This document shows positions 37,201 through 49,068 of a stretch of DNA of 64,000 nucleotides, piece after piece. Source of the DNA: Hamiltosporidium tvaerminnensis FI-OER-3-3 (lineage: Eukaryota; Fungi; Microsporidia). The stretch lies in NCBI GenBank assembly GCA_022605425.2, contig CM061251.1, positions 310,001 through 374,000 of the forward strand. Reading direction: 5' to 3'. Each line of letters starts with the position of its first letter. The stretch's first letter is position 1. The translations under genes were made by a program, and so were the position numbers. Under the pieces are notes generated by a model. The model ran no database searches, was not told the origin of the DNA, and saw nothing but the letters and a program-made list of their open reading frames with translations.

Positions 37201-37920
37201 GATAACCACATAAAAAACTTTCTGCTTGGCAATGATTGTGTGAAACTGGTGTGAGGGTCATTGTTTGGATTTTTGGTAGAAATCAACGCACACTACATCT
37301 TCGGTCGTTCCATGCGAGTTGTTATGAGTAGAAGATTCTAAGAAATGGAGAAACTTTTTCTACAAAGATATTTGTAGTTTTTTATGTACCCAGATTGCAG
37401 ACAGCAGCTGAACATGTGAGTAATTGCCATGTAAAAGCATGGAAACCTAGCCTTGCTCACTCGGGTTAGAAGACTTAGCGCCTGGGAGATATAAAAATAA
37501 AACCCATTTTAAAGCCGGGAGAGCTAAGTAGCAGGTTATACCTGTTGGTATGACATTGCACTATCTAGGTGGACCCCATGTTAATCTCTGAAATATATCT
37601 TAGCTAGAAGTTTATTGGGTTCAGAAAGTGTAGAGTAAGTGGGAATGCTGCATAGTCTTGGGGGAGCTTAGGAGGGGCTTCGGCCTTCGATCAACACCAT
37701 GCAACGAACATTAACGAACTCCGGGCAACTGCCTCGCCTATTATTTAGGTTCTACACACCTGGTAGATGAAAGGCTTTGGGACGTAGGTATCGCAGGGAT
37801 TACCGATGGAGTGTTGGGGTAGCATTCATTTATTTTAAAGCTAGAACTGCGTTAATGTCATAAAAACAAATATAAAACTTGCCACTATTTTAAAAATATG
37901 TGATACTTTTAAATAAAGAT
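37201..37920 (+). mobile_element. Element 'A', full-length copy with a 12-bp TSD
   Basis: TSD attatatcatta at 37189-37200 and 37921-37932. Confidence 0.93.
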
Positions 37921-38324
37921 ATTATATCATTAAATCTAATAAAAAGAACTTAATTTTAGATTATTATTTAGAGAAAATCAGACTAATAAATTCTACTTTT
38001 TTGTTAACAGAATAATAATTTTGAATTTACGCTACATTATAATAATTATATTTACATGAATCAAGTATAGGTATTTTATAATAAAAATTTTCAATCTTTA
38101 AAACTGTAAAATATCTAAAATTTTGAAATAAAATGATTTTTATTTTTTCCAATATTTTTTGTATTTTACTTCTAAAAAAGTTAATTGAATATTTATTGTG
38201 AATTATAAGATTTTTAATGACAATATTTACAGTTAAAAGGTAAATTTTTATAAAAAATATATTTTGTAAGTTAAAATTATTATATATTTTAAATTGAAAA
38301 TATAATATAACCGAACAAAATACC

Positions 38325-38725
38325 ATATTCTTAGCAAGATCAAGTTAACTTCATATGAAAATCATTATTTTGGTTTTTGGTTGTCTCTGTGAATTTATAA
38401 AGCGAAGAAGGGCTACAAAACAATGAAACTTTTTATTCAGACCTACATTGTGGTTTATTATGTAACTAGTTAGAAAATACACATACACTTAGGATATTTC
38501 CACGTAAAAGTATAGAAACCTAGCCCTCTTAACCTCTTAAGAAGACATAATGACTGAGAAATAAGACAATACCTGTTTTAAAATACCAAAAAACCATGAA
38601 GAATTTACACCCGCTGGGTTTACACTGTACTGTCTAAATTAAACCATGTAGTTGTCGAGATATATCTTTTTGAAATTTTATTTAGTTCGATAAGTGCAGA
38701 GTATAAAAAAAGGCTGCTGGCCTTT
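38325..38725 (+). mobile_element. Old, diverged partial copy of element 'A'
   Basis: Colinear atcattattttggtttttggt, ttatgtaac, ccacgtaaaagtatagaaacctagcc, agaagac, actgtcta, aagtgcagagta. Confidence 0.7.
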
Positions 38726-39964
38726 GAAGTACTCAAAGAGGTTGTGATCAACAATTACAAATTAGACAACTGGCAATAACGATTTTTAGGCAACCTCTCC
38801 CGAGTAAAATAGATTCTACATATATTTTAGATGAAAAGCCAAAAAATGATGGTTTCTCAGAGCTACCAATCTACTTACAGAGGAGAAGCTATCTAAGTTT
38901 AACATCGAAAGGAAGTAATGTAAAAAAAATTATATAAAAAAGTGACTATTTTTTTAAATAAAACTTACACAGACAGTAGTCTTACACTGTAGATGAAAGT
39001 AAAGGTAGAAATAATTATTTATATCTATCATTCATAGAATCAAGCAAATCTCAACATGAAAAACACCTAAATTTTTATTTGATTGAACAAACATAAAGAA
39101 ACAGATAATTTATTCTGAATTAGAAAATAAATCTTATGATTTATTTAAGAATCTTAAATATCCAATAATAGTGTGCAGAAGTAAAACATAAAACATCTAA
39201 GAATCTAGATTTATTTAAGAAAATATTTGCATCAAATATTTTTAAAAATACTTTCTAGATTGTAGTACATCATATTAAAAACATAATATATAAATGATTT
39301 TTCATATTTTTAAAGTCTTTTATTGAAAAAATATTAATTTGTTAAAGTTTTAATTTTTTTTTATAATTTTACCAACATACTAACAATTATAAGATAATAG
39401 ATTTATCATTTCTCTATATAATTCATTTACCTCAATAATAATTGCTTTAAAAAAATTACACTTAGAATATTCTCATGAGATTTATACTTTTTGAACAAAA
39501 CAGTTGTTTAAAACGAATAAATAAAAATCAAATATTTAATTAATTAATTAATACATCGTTACACTATAAAGATGTGTTTTTACAGAGACGAAGAAAAAAC
39601 TTCTTCTATTTTAAGGCTAACAAAAAGTAAAATAGAATGTGATTAAAAAAACTGATAAACTTAAATGAGCAAAAGAAACTAAAAATTTAAATCAAATAAA
39701 ACAAAGAAGGAAAATGTGCCAATTTAAAATAATATTTCTGTTATTTTACTGAAAATAAAATAGAGAACGACTAAATAAAAAGATATTAAAAACAAAAAAA
39801 TACAGGAGAAAAAAGATTAAGAGAGGCTACAAAAGCCAATCGAAAGATTTAGAAATCAAAAGAAAGCCAATATCATTTAATGAAGATCTATCTGATGTAT
39901 TTTTATTTTTTATTGAATTTAAAATTAAGTATGTTTCTACTGAGTCAACAGATAGTAAAAAATA

Positions 39965-40148
39965 ATATATTTTTATAAAATAAACTTGTGGGTTGAAAAA
40001 TAAATTCACACTTTTAAATATTTTTTTTCTACCTCTTTAATCACCACCTTTTCTTTTATGTTTATTGTATATTTCTTTAATATGGTTCATCCGTATGGAA
40101 TATAGGGTTTACAATTTTTTGATTTAAAATTTTTAACACCATTTTCCT
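39965..40148 (-). mobile_element. Old ~180-bp 3' fragment of the R4 element
   Basis: Reverse complement aggaaaatggtgttaaaaattttaaatcaaaa...ttaaagaggtagaaaaaaa..caacccac aligns to 20363-20555. Confidence 0.7.
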
Positions 40149-40184
40149 AGTTACTCGATTAAAACAAAAAAAATAAAACATTAA

Positions 40185-40345
40185 TACGGAATATAAGACA
40201 AAAGATATAAATATATAGAAATATATTGAAACATAGAATACAGAATATAGAATATAAGACAAAAGATATAGAAATATAAATACATTGAAACATATAATAT
40301 AGATATAGATAATACGGAATACGAGACAAAAGATATAGAAATAAA
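40185..40345. repeat. Imperfect ~60-bp tandem repeat upstream of eIF1A
   Basis: Repeated gaatataagacaaaagatata and attgaaacata. Confidence 0.7.
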
Positions 40346-40448
40346 AAATCCAAAAGTCTCTATTATCTATTTAAAATAGAATATAAAATTTTTAAAACAG
40401 TAAAAATTATTTTTACTTAAAATAAAAGCCCTTTCCTTTTACCGACTT

Positions 40449-40811
40449 ATGAAACCAAAATCAAAAAAGCGATCTGACAATTTAACGAGATCAATTACGT
40501 TTGCTGAAGAAGGTGTATCAGTATACGGACAAATAGTTCGACCGTTTGGTAATTATAGGTTTGAAGTACGGTGTTCAGATATGATAACACGTAACTGTAT
40601 TTTACGAGGGAAAATGCTTAAAAGAGATTGGGTACAACCAAATGATATAGTGCTTATTAATTTACGAGAGGATACTCCTGAAAAAGGAGATGTTCTTCTT
40701 AAATATACACCTGCTGAAGTAAAGGTTCTGCGTAAGAATAAGTATATTCCTGATACTTTTGGTGAAGAAGTTATTGGAGGATTGAGTAATGTTGAATTTG
40801 AGAATTTATAA
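40449..40811 (+). CDS. EIF1A: Translation initiation factor eIF1A
   Basis: YGQIVRPFGNYRFEVRCSD..RNCILRGKMLKRDWVQPNDIVLINLRE..KGDVLLKYTPAEVKVL. Confidence 0.93.
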   Translation: MKPKSKKRSDNLTRSITFAEEGVSVYGQIVRPFGNYRFEVRCSDMITRNCILRGKMLKRDWVQPNDIVLINLREDTPEKGDVLLKYTPAEVKVLRKNKYIPDTFGEEVIGGLSNVEFENL

Positions 40812-40851
40812 AAATATGAAATAAATTTTTTTTTTGCATTTTTTTATTTTT

Positions 40852-40888
40852 TTATTTATCCTCCACGCTATAGCCCTGTACGAGCCTT
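40852..40888 (-). mobile_element. 3'-end stub of the RTE-derived element
   Basis: ttatttatcctccacgctatagccctgtacgagcctt matches 57979-58015. Confidence 0.7.
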
Positions 40889-40977
40889 TGCTTTTTTTGG
40901 AATTTTTTTAAATTTTAGAAAACTACAAACAATAAAAGTTTTAAAGGTTTAAGAGGTTAGTGTATAGTCTTTAGTTA

Positions 40978-41210
40978 CAAGGGTCTTAATACACAGAATT
41001 ATAAACAATATTTTAAAGGGGTCTTAATACACTAGTAATTCAACCTTTACTTAAAGGGGTCTTAATACACTAGTAATACAAATCATACTTAAAGGGGTCT
41101 TAATACACAGAATTATAAACAATATATCAAAGGGGTCTTAACATATTGTAATTCAATCCTTACTTAAAAGGGTCTTAATACACTTATAATACAAATCCTT
41201 CTTAAAGACT
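40978..41210. repeat. ~38-40-bp minisatellite between eIF1A and the TMEM33-like gene
   Basis: aaaggggtcttaatacac... about 6 times; followed by aaccctaaccct at 41221. Confidence 0.85.
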
Positions 41211-41300
41211 CTGTATTTACAACCCTAACCCTTCTTATAAATAAAACCCCCGTCTCTGTTTCCTTAAATTAAATAAAAATCAAAATAAAAACCCCTTTAA

Positions 41301-41948
41301 ATGGATAAAAAATTGATAAAAGATGTATGGCTGTGGTCACAACTAAGTTTTGCATTTCTCTATACACTTTCAATATTAAGAATATTCATAAAAATACCCA
41401 TTCTATCCAATTTACCATGTTTCTCTCTCTGTTTGTTACTATCCATATCATATATAATGACAATGTCAAAAAAAATACTTACCAGTGAAATAACAAGTAT
41501 CGTATCAGAAACTAACTTTTACTGTTTAATTGTTTTACTAAGTTTTCCATCAAAAATACTTTTACTTCCTTTTTATGTTTCAAGTATTTTTAATTTGGTA
41601 GATTTTGTTGTAACCAACAAGAGACAATATCATAAATATTTTTTTTATGAGACATGTAAAAATATTATAATTAAGAGAGATATTTTTATATTTAGTGTTT
41701 ATCTTTTGGATGTTGTAGGTATCTTTGTGGCGAGTGTTGGTATGTTGTTTAGAATTAGTAATGTTATGACTGTTATTGGGTATTGTGGTATGGTCAGACA
41801 GGAATATCTTAGAAGTGAAAAAATGAAAATTATTATTTCTGATTTTTTTAAACTTTTGGATTCTAAAGTAGATAAAATGCCAGAAATTGTTAAACAATGG
41901 TATGTTTATAGTAGAGATTCTAAGGTTAAAGAAATAAAAACTGAATAA
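41301..41948 (+). CDS. TMEM33/Pom33/Per33-like ER / nuclear-pore membrane protein
   Basis: 215-aa hydrophobic ORF with VWLWSQL, ETNFYCL, LLLPFYVSSIFNL, Y..MVRQEY and a C-terminal amphipathic segment; family assigned by recalled motif resemblance. Confidence 0.6.
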   Translation: MDKKLIKDVWLWSQLSFAFLYTLSILRIFIKIPILSNLPCFSLCLLLSISYIMTMSKKILTSEITSIVSETNFYCLIVLLSFPSKILLLPFYVSSIFNLVDFVVTNKRQYHKYFFYETCKNIIIKRDIFIFSVYLLDVVGIFVASVGMLFRISNVMTVIGYCGMVRQEYLRSEKMKIIISDFFKLLDSKVDKMPEIVKQWYVYSRDSKVKEIKTE

Positions 41949-43802
41949 AATTAGGATTTATTTTTAATATTTATCTTTTTATTTTGGATTTATATGGGAT
42001 TTAAATTTAAATTTATATGGGATTGTATAGATGGATTTTTTCTTCTTTTAATTTTTATAAAAAATATGAATTTGGTTATTTTGATTTTTTATATCTTTTA
42101 AATTTTCATTTATGTTGGATTTTATTTACTAGGTTTATTACTTCTTTAATATTTATATGGAATTTCTTATTTATTTACTAGATTTTCTACTTCCTTTAAT
42201 ATTTAAATTTATCTTGGCTTTATTTAATAGATTGTGATTATTTTTATTTATTAAATATCTACATTTTGAATATTTGATTTATACTAGCAATCGCTAATTA
42301 TTTTGGATTTATTTTTTTTTGGATATCCATTTTAAATATTTCATTGGGTTTTGAAGAAGATTAATATTAAGAAAAAACAAGAGAGAATTAACTCAAAAGT
42401 ATCAGTAATTGATATACAAGAGATAGATGCATGTTATTTCTAATTTAAAAAACACCTATATTCCTTATCTAGAATATATTTTAAAGAAAACTTATAAATA
42501 ATTTATATTAGTTGCCACATAAATATATCTTAAACTATCTATATTTATTTCACGATGGGGATATAATTATTTAAATGTACATGGTCATCGATCAAAGAAT
42601 ATATAGACAAGGCAAAGGTGCAGCAATACATGAAATTATGAAATAGAAAAATATGATGAATCTTAAAGAATTCTAAAATAGAATTTATGTAAATAAAATA
42701 AATCTGATATTGAGAAAATCGCTAAGAATTAAACAGAGTAATTTCATATAAATTTTATCTTTAAAAATGTATTTATATTCGGTTGTATATATACAGTTTA
42801 TATTAAACTTTTATAGAAAATTATAATTTTAGTTGTTTTGATAAATAAAAATTTCTAATTAAAAGACTAATTTAAATAGGAAATGTATGGAAATATAAGT
42901 ATAAATTTACTTGAAAGATTAGAAAAGATTTATAAGAAGAAAAATATATGAAGCGGTTAAATATTATATAGAAATCGTAAATAATGTAAGTATTAAATAC
43001 TAAATAAATTAATGACTAAACCTATCTAGGGTATTCCAATATGTCTGCTTCGAAGCAATTTATTAAAGAGCAAAGAATATTTATTCTTTTAACTGTATGT
43101 AAAATATATACATTCAGGTTAATTTTATTAAAAAAATAATTTATCTTTCTTCAATACAATGAATATCGAGAATATAATGACTCTTCTATAGATATAATAT
43201 AAATATTTCTATTATTCTGTATATTTTAGCAATCTATATCAATTTATTACTTTGCATTTGAATTTCTAATTAATAATTTCTGTATTTCAAATTTAATATA
43301 TGAATGGGTTTATTCAGAATTATTTTTATTATCAAGAAAGCAAAGTGATAAATGATTTAAGAAAAAAAAATTAAAAACGATAGTTTAATTTAAATTTAGA
43401 TTTAATTTATCTAAATTAAACTTTAATCGTTTAATCGTCTTGTTATGACCTATAAAAATTAAAAGTAAAAGAAGAATAAAATCGATTTTAAAAGTAATTA
43501 ATTGTAAAAAAAAGAGTATTTTGATTATTGATATTATAGATTTTCTTTTTAATATAATTAGATATAATCAAGGCCAATTAAAATCTTTTTGTTAGAATTA
43601 TATAAAATTTAGACTTGAATTTTACTTACAAATAATTATCTATTTTTTTAAGGAAATACCTCTTTTAATTTATCTAAAAAAGAAACCTTGTGAATTTAAT
43701 CTTTGTGTTTACACAAAATGAAATGAAATTTATTAAAAATTTGTTTCGGAATGAAATTTGTTTGATAAACATAATATTTAAACAAAAATATTTGTAAACA
43801 AT

Positions 43803-44956
43803 ATGATTGGGAAGATAAAGAACTTTCAAGTTGTTCAAAGCAAATGCAATGCTGAGAAAAAACACAATAAAACCAAAGCAACACCTTTTACATCAAATGA
43901 GTTGTTGCAATTGATGTCTAATCTCAAAAAGACTTCCAGCAAACAACAAAATATCTTACCGGTATATAGGCATTTGCAGTGCCACATAGAGAATCACTCA
44001 CAAGTAAGAAAAGAGTGTAAAAATACAAATTCGTGCTTTCAAATTGTTAAAAAAGAGCCATTAGTTTTCATATATAATATAAATAACAATTATTTGTACG
44101 CTCTTATTGAAAACACTTACAGCCGCACCAATATTGATCAAAAAAATAAGATCACTGTGCAAAATATTCAAAAAAATGATACAATACAATATAAAAAGCC
44201 AATAAAAGCGTTGGAATTTAAGCTTCAAAACAAACTATACTATTCGAAGCTTTCAAACGATGAAAAAGAAAGTTTAAAAAAATATTGTAGATATATGCTG
44301 CGAGAAAAGCCAAAAAAAAGCTGTGGCTGTATAATTAATATGATAAAAGGTTTTTTTATGGGAAAAAAACGTAGTGAAGTGGCTAATAAGAAGGATATAA
44401 ATCCCTTTATTTATAATGTTGGGGATTATATTCTGAAAGAGGGTATTAAAACGGAGGGGATTTTTAGGATTTCGGGAAGGAGTAGTCTGTATAAATCAGT
44501 CCCATATTCTCTGAAAGAAAATCGTGGGTATGAAACATCAGAATATACAATACATGATAATGCCAGTATATTTAAGGCATATATTAGAGATGTTTTAAAT
44601 GGGTTGGTTCCAGAATTTATTTGTAAAGAGCTACTAGAAACATTTAAAGGCTCTAGAAATGCGAAATCAATTGAAGAAATAGTTAAATATACGATATTTT
44701 GTTTAGACGATATGGAACGAGAGTTGTTGTTGTATTTAAGAAGAATGTTTCGAGAGATAGAAAATTATAAAGATTATAACAAGATGACAATGGAAAATCT
44801 TGAAAAATCTTTACACCTACTTTATTTCCTGATTTCAAACCTTTTGACTTAACTATGATTGATAAACAGATAGATTTTATAAAACTGTTATTTGAATCTG
44901 ATTTTGAAGAGGTACCGATCGATCTTTTAAATGCCGCACATCCAAATAATAAATAA
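43803..44956 (+). CDS. RhoGAP-domain protein with a one-base frameshift near the C-terminus
   Basis: Arginine finger EGIFRISG, HDNASIFKAYIRD, NKMTMENL. Adding one A at 44803-44807 restores KIFTPTLF and extends the frame to TAA at 44956. Confidence 0.85.
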
Positions 44957-47900
44957 AAATGTTTTTCAGTATATTTTCACTTTATTTTAATTTTTTTAAT
45001 TTTCCATTTATGTTTATTTCTATACTTTAAGATTAATACTTTTTAATAAATTAGATATTAAACCTACCAAATATTTTTCTTATCATATTTTAAAATATCT
45101 TAAATAGAAATTATTTTTTTTATGACTGAAAAACTAAGTTTAATAAATTCTCAAACTACAAAGCTAAATTAATATTTCCCTAAATATATTTTTTTAATTC
45201 GATGATATCAAAATACAACGATTTGATAATCTAAAAATCATAATTAAATAGAAAAATTATTTTAAAGAAATGATTTTTTTACAAAAACATTGGTACTTTT
45301 CAATTATTTCAAGATTTTATACATTGAATAAAATATTAAAAAAAGACTTAATGCTTACAATACACTGTAATATTTATCTATTTTAATTTCTCATTTTCTG
45401 CCTCTTTTTTAACACATAATAGTTGAACAAATTCTAGATGTTTATCCAGCAAATAAATTATAAAGTAAAACTACAAATAAGTAACAATGAATATGTTAAT
45501 AAATAAATTTCATGGTTTAACATATTTTTAACGATTCTTATATATTACATAGAGCCATATTTAGGTATTGATGAAACTAACAAATCTGAAGCTAATAAAT
45601 TCAAAAAAATCAAATATATTATTTAACATTTTATAATAGTAAATTAAACTTCTGAAATATATTTCAATTGATGATGAATATGTAATATCGCTTATAAATT
45701 GTTTAAAGTGTTATTTTTGGTTCAACAAGCTAGACCTCATTTTTTGTTGTTAGATCACAAGGATAGACTGTAAATTTTCACTGACCACAATTTATTTACG
45801 ATTAATTTTGATTTTTTAATTCCCTTGAAGCTGACAGTAGTTTCCATTTTCAAATCGATTCTAATTATACTTAAATCTTCTTAATATTAAGTCTCAATAC
45901 CATTACAGATTTTTATATCACACGTAGTTAGTATATATTGAACCAGACATATGTTTATTTGTATATGAAAAGATATTTAATAATCATTTAAAACAATTCA
46001 AAATAATTTTATTTAGCTATAGATTTGGATTCAATAGGGAAATATCGATTATGAGAATAAATTATACCGTGAAACAATTAATACCCACGTTTTACTTTAT
46101 ATGGCTTTCTTTATCCAAATATAATATAAAGACAAATACTTTGCTACAAAAATTTTATAAGTAAATCACAAATTTTATATAAAAGAAAAGAAATTCGGTT
46201 CAAATTTGTATGAAATAATAAAAAAATAGCTTTAAAGTGACTCTTCAGTTGTATGAAAAAAACAAAATAATATTTCAAAGTAAATTCCATATTATGTCAC
46301 AATATGATTAGATTAATGATCTGAGATATAAAAAAAATGTATCCGTCTATCTATTTCTAGCTAATCTGTAGACATAAGATTGAATTTAAAATATTATTAG
46401 AATAGATATAAAAAACATTTTCAAAAGTAAAACCTATACATCTGTACGTCTTAAATAGATTTAAATATAATATTACAAAACAAAATGTGGTTGAATTCTT
46501 AAAAAATATTTTTTTTTATTTCAGAATAAATTAAACACTTCGAAAATAATCAAAAGCAAATGTTCACTATAACCTGTAAATAAACATGTACAAGTAAGAG
46601 TGAATATCTGAAAGAAAGTTTATATAATATACATTTGGAGAGTCTGATATATAAATTACTAATAGGAAGATCTAATAATTTGATTATTAATTATAAGTTT
46701 CCTTTGTATAACTTTTATTTTAAAATTCTATGCAATTAGAAATATTTACAAGTAAATAATATAAATAAGCTTATATTGCAAATTGTAGATAGAATCGAGC
46801 CTAAAGTATTATAGTAATCATATAGAGAAATCTTCAAAATAAAACTTAGTACAAATAGTGTATCGATAATTTATCTTAATGTACCAATATGTTATCACAT
46901 AAAACCTCAATTAAGAAAATAAAGTCAAGGAAGTTTAAGTTTAATCGCCATAAAATAAATGCCAGTTCTTTTAATCTATCACAAAAATTCGAACAATAAA
47001 ACAATATTTACTTTATAATATATGACATATAAAACAACATCAATATGAATAATCTAAACTTATTTAAAAATTTTACAACTAACATCTTATAAAGATTTTT
47101 ATATTTCAAATATTAATAGGTAAAAATTTATAAACCTACGACATAAAAAAAGAATAAATAATAACTAGATGCTAACTAAATATATTTTGACTTTTTATAA
47201 TCAAATCAATTTCGAGCATTACAATGAATTTTATTTTCTGAGCTAGCAATTTTTTCTATAATTTGTTTCATCTTTAGTTCAAATTCAATTAAATCGAGGA
47301 TTAAATAATATTTTTTGTTCCAAAAAGACAAGAAATACCTATTCTTATAATATAAAGTGAGGATTTTACTCATAATCAAAATCTAAGATGTTATTTGCAA
47401 AGCCTAAATGTACATTAAGGAAGTTTCCTAACTATCAGTAAGTCAGTCTTGAATAGGATACAAACAAGTATTGAGCTCGAAGATTAAAAGACATAAAAAG
47501 ATTTTCTAGCTCATCTTTATATTTATTATATTTACTGCCCGAGTAGCTTTGAATAAACAATCAGATCTTTACCTGCGAATATAATAGGGAAATCACAGAA
47601 TAAAAGATTAAGAAATATAAGGAAACTTAAAAACAATTTTTTTTTAAAAAATTATTTTTCACTTCTTTTAAAAACAATTTTCTAATTAAACCTAAGCAAA
47701 TTATTCACTTTTAGTTTCACTGATTTAAATTCCAATTATATGTTCAATATTGTCTATATCTATTTTTTTAAATTAGAAAGACATTTCTTTAACTTTAAAT
47801 TTCTTCATTAACTAATTGTAATTTGGTTGATATTTCTTTATACTTACATGTTTTTATATTATTTACCTTATCGGAGATTTTTTTCTTTAGTTTGAGAGAT

Positions 47901-48360
47901 TATATTTTTTTTATAACCTTTTAAATAATATTAGCAATTTCCATTTGCTTGAAATTTTATTTTCGACAATAGTTCAAAACTTTTAAACGCATTTCATTCA
48001 ACTTCGAACAAAATATATTTTGAAACTAATGCGAATAAATTGAACGAAACCGGATAAGTATTCAACATTAAAGAAGCAGATGCATATTTAATTCTTTAAT
48101 AAAAAAGAAAATATTTATTACCGAGAATATTTTGTGAAAAAAACCATGATGATTTATTTATCTTTGAAGTAAAATTCTAGCAACGAATATTTCTATTGGA
48201 TAGTAAAGGGTATATGTTTCTTTATCCGCACATAAAACTTATATATAATTGAGCGGAAACGAATAAATAATATATAATAAATATTTTTAAAACAGAAAAT
48301 TAAGAAATGAATAAAATTTTATTGGAATATAATTTTAATTTAAAAATATATTTATTATAT

Positions 48361-49068
48361 TCGAGTCTCCTGACTACGGCCAGCGCGCCAAATCCGCCTG
48401 CGGCTACATTTTTCTGCTCTTTTACTATTTTTTCTATTGAATAGATTTTTTTATACAAATAAATCAAATAAAAAAATAGATAAATCATACAAGGAAAATC
48501 GCAATTATAGATAATTTAGTCATGAATTTGCAATAGAAAGAAGATTCATTGTGTTTTTTCATTTTTTAAATTATTTTATACTAAAAAGTAAAATTAAACA
48601 TAAAAAAATATATGGGATAACATATTATTAATGAGATTGATTCAGTTGAGATTTTTCAGCATATCCTTTTGAAATTATCTTAAACTAATTCAAATGCTTA
48701 TCTGTTAATCTAAATGTGTAAATATTTTTCGTATATTCCATTTAGAGAATTTTTCTTCGCACAGATAGGACGAGCCGAAATTGGGAATAAAATCTCGGCG
48801 CATTAATGAACGTGATTGAATCGGCTTGTCAAAAACTCTTATAAATTCAGTGATTTCTTTGCATTTTTTTATGATTTGAATTTGTTAATATACATGTAAA
48901 TGTTTATTAAAATCTATAAAAACTTTAAAATTTTGATTTAAAAATAGTATTAATAATAATTGCAGAGATATTTTTCGGTATGGTCGCATAAAAATATTGT
49001 TTTCTTGGTCGCGGGACTTTTTTTAGACGTCAATGTGGCTTGCGAGGAAAAAACTTTGAAGACTGTTT
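48361..49068 (-). mobile_element. Non-autonomous hAT (Charlie/Buster/SPIN-like) transposon remnant
   Basis: Termini gtctcc..actacggccagcgcgccaaatccgcctgcg and atgtggcttgcgaggaaaaaactttgaagac resemble Charlie-type ends. Minus-strand 48779-48741 encodes FGSSYLCEEKFSK (hATC dimerisation motif), followed by RLTDKHL. Confidence 0.8.

Noticed and set aside
37628-37644. GTGTAGAGTAAGTGGGA in element A resembles the LSU rRNA L1-stalk sequence GTGTAGAATAAGTGGGA
   Set aside because: The partner strand (GTGAAATACCAC) and any other rRNA colinearity are missing, so it is not called rRNA. It may be chance or a reused T-loop motif.
40978-41210. Repeat-spacer-like array (ggggtcttaatacac plus a variable segment) as CRISPR
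   Set aside because: The 'spacers' are related to each other, there are no cas genes, and the context is eukaryotic; it is a minisatellite.
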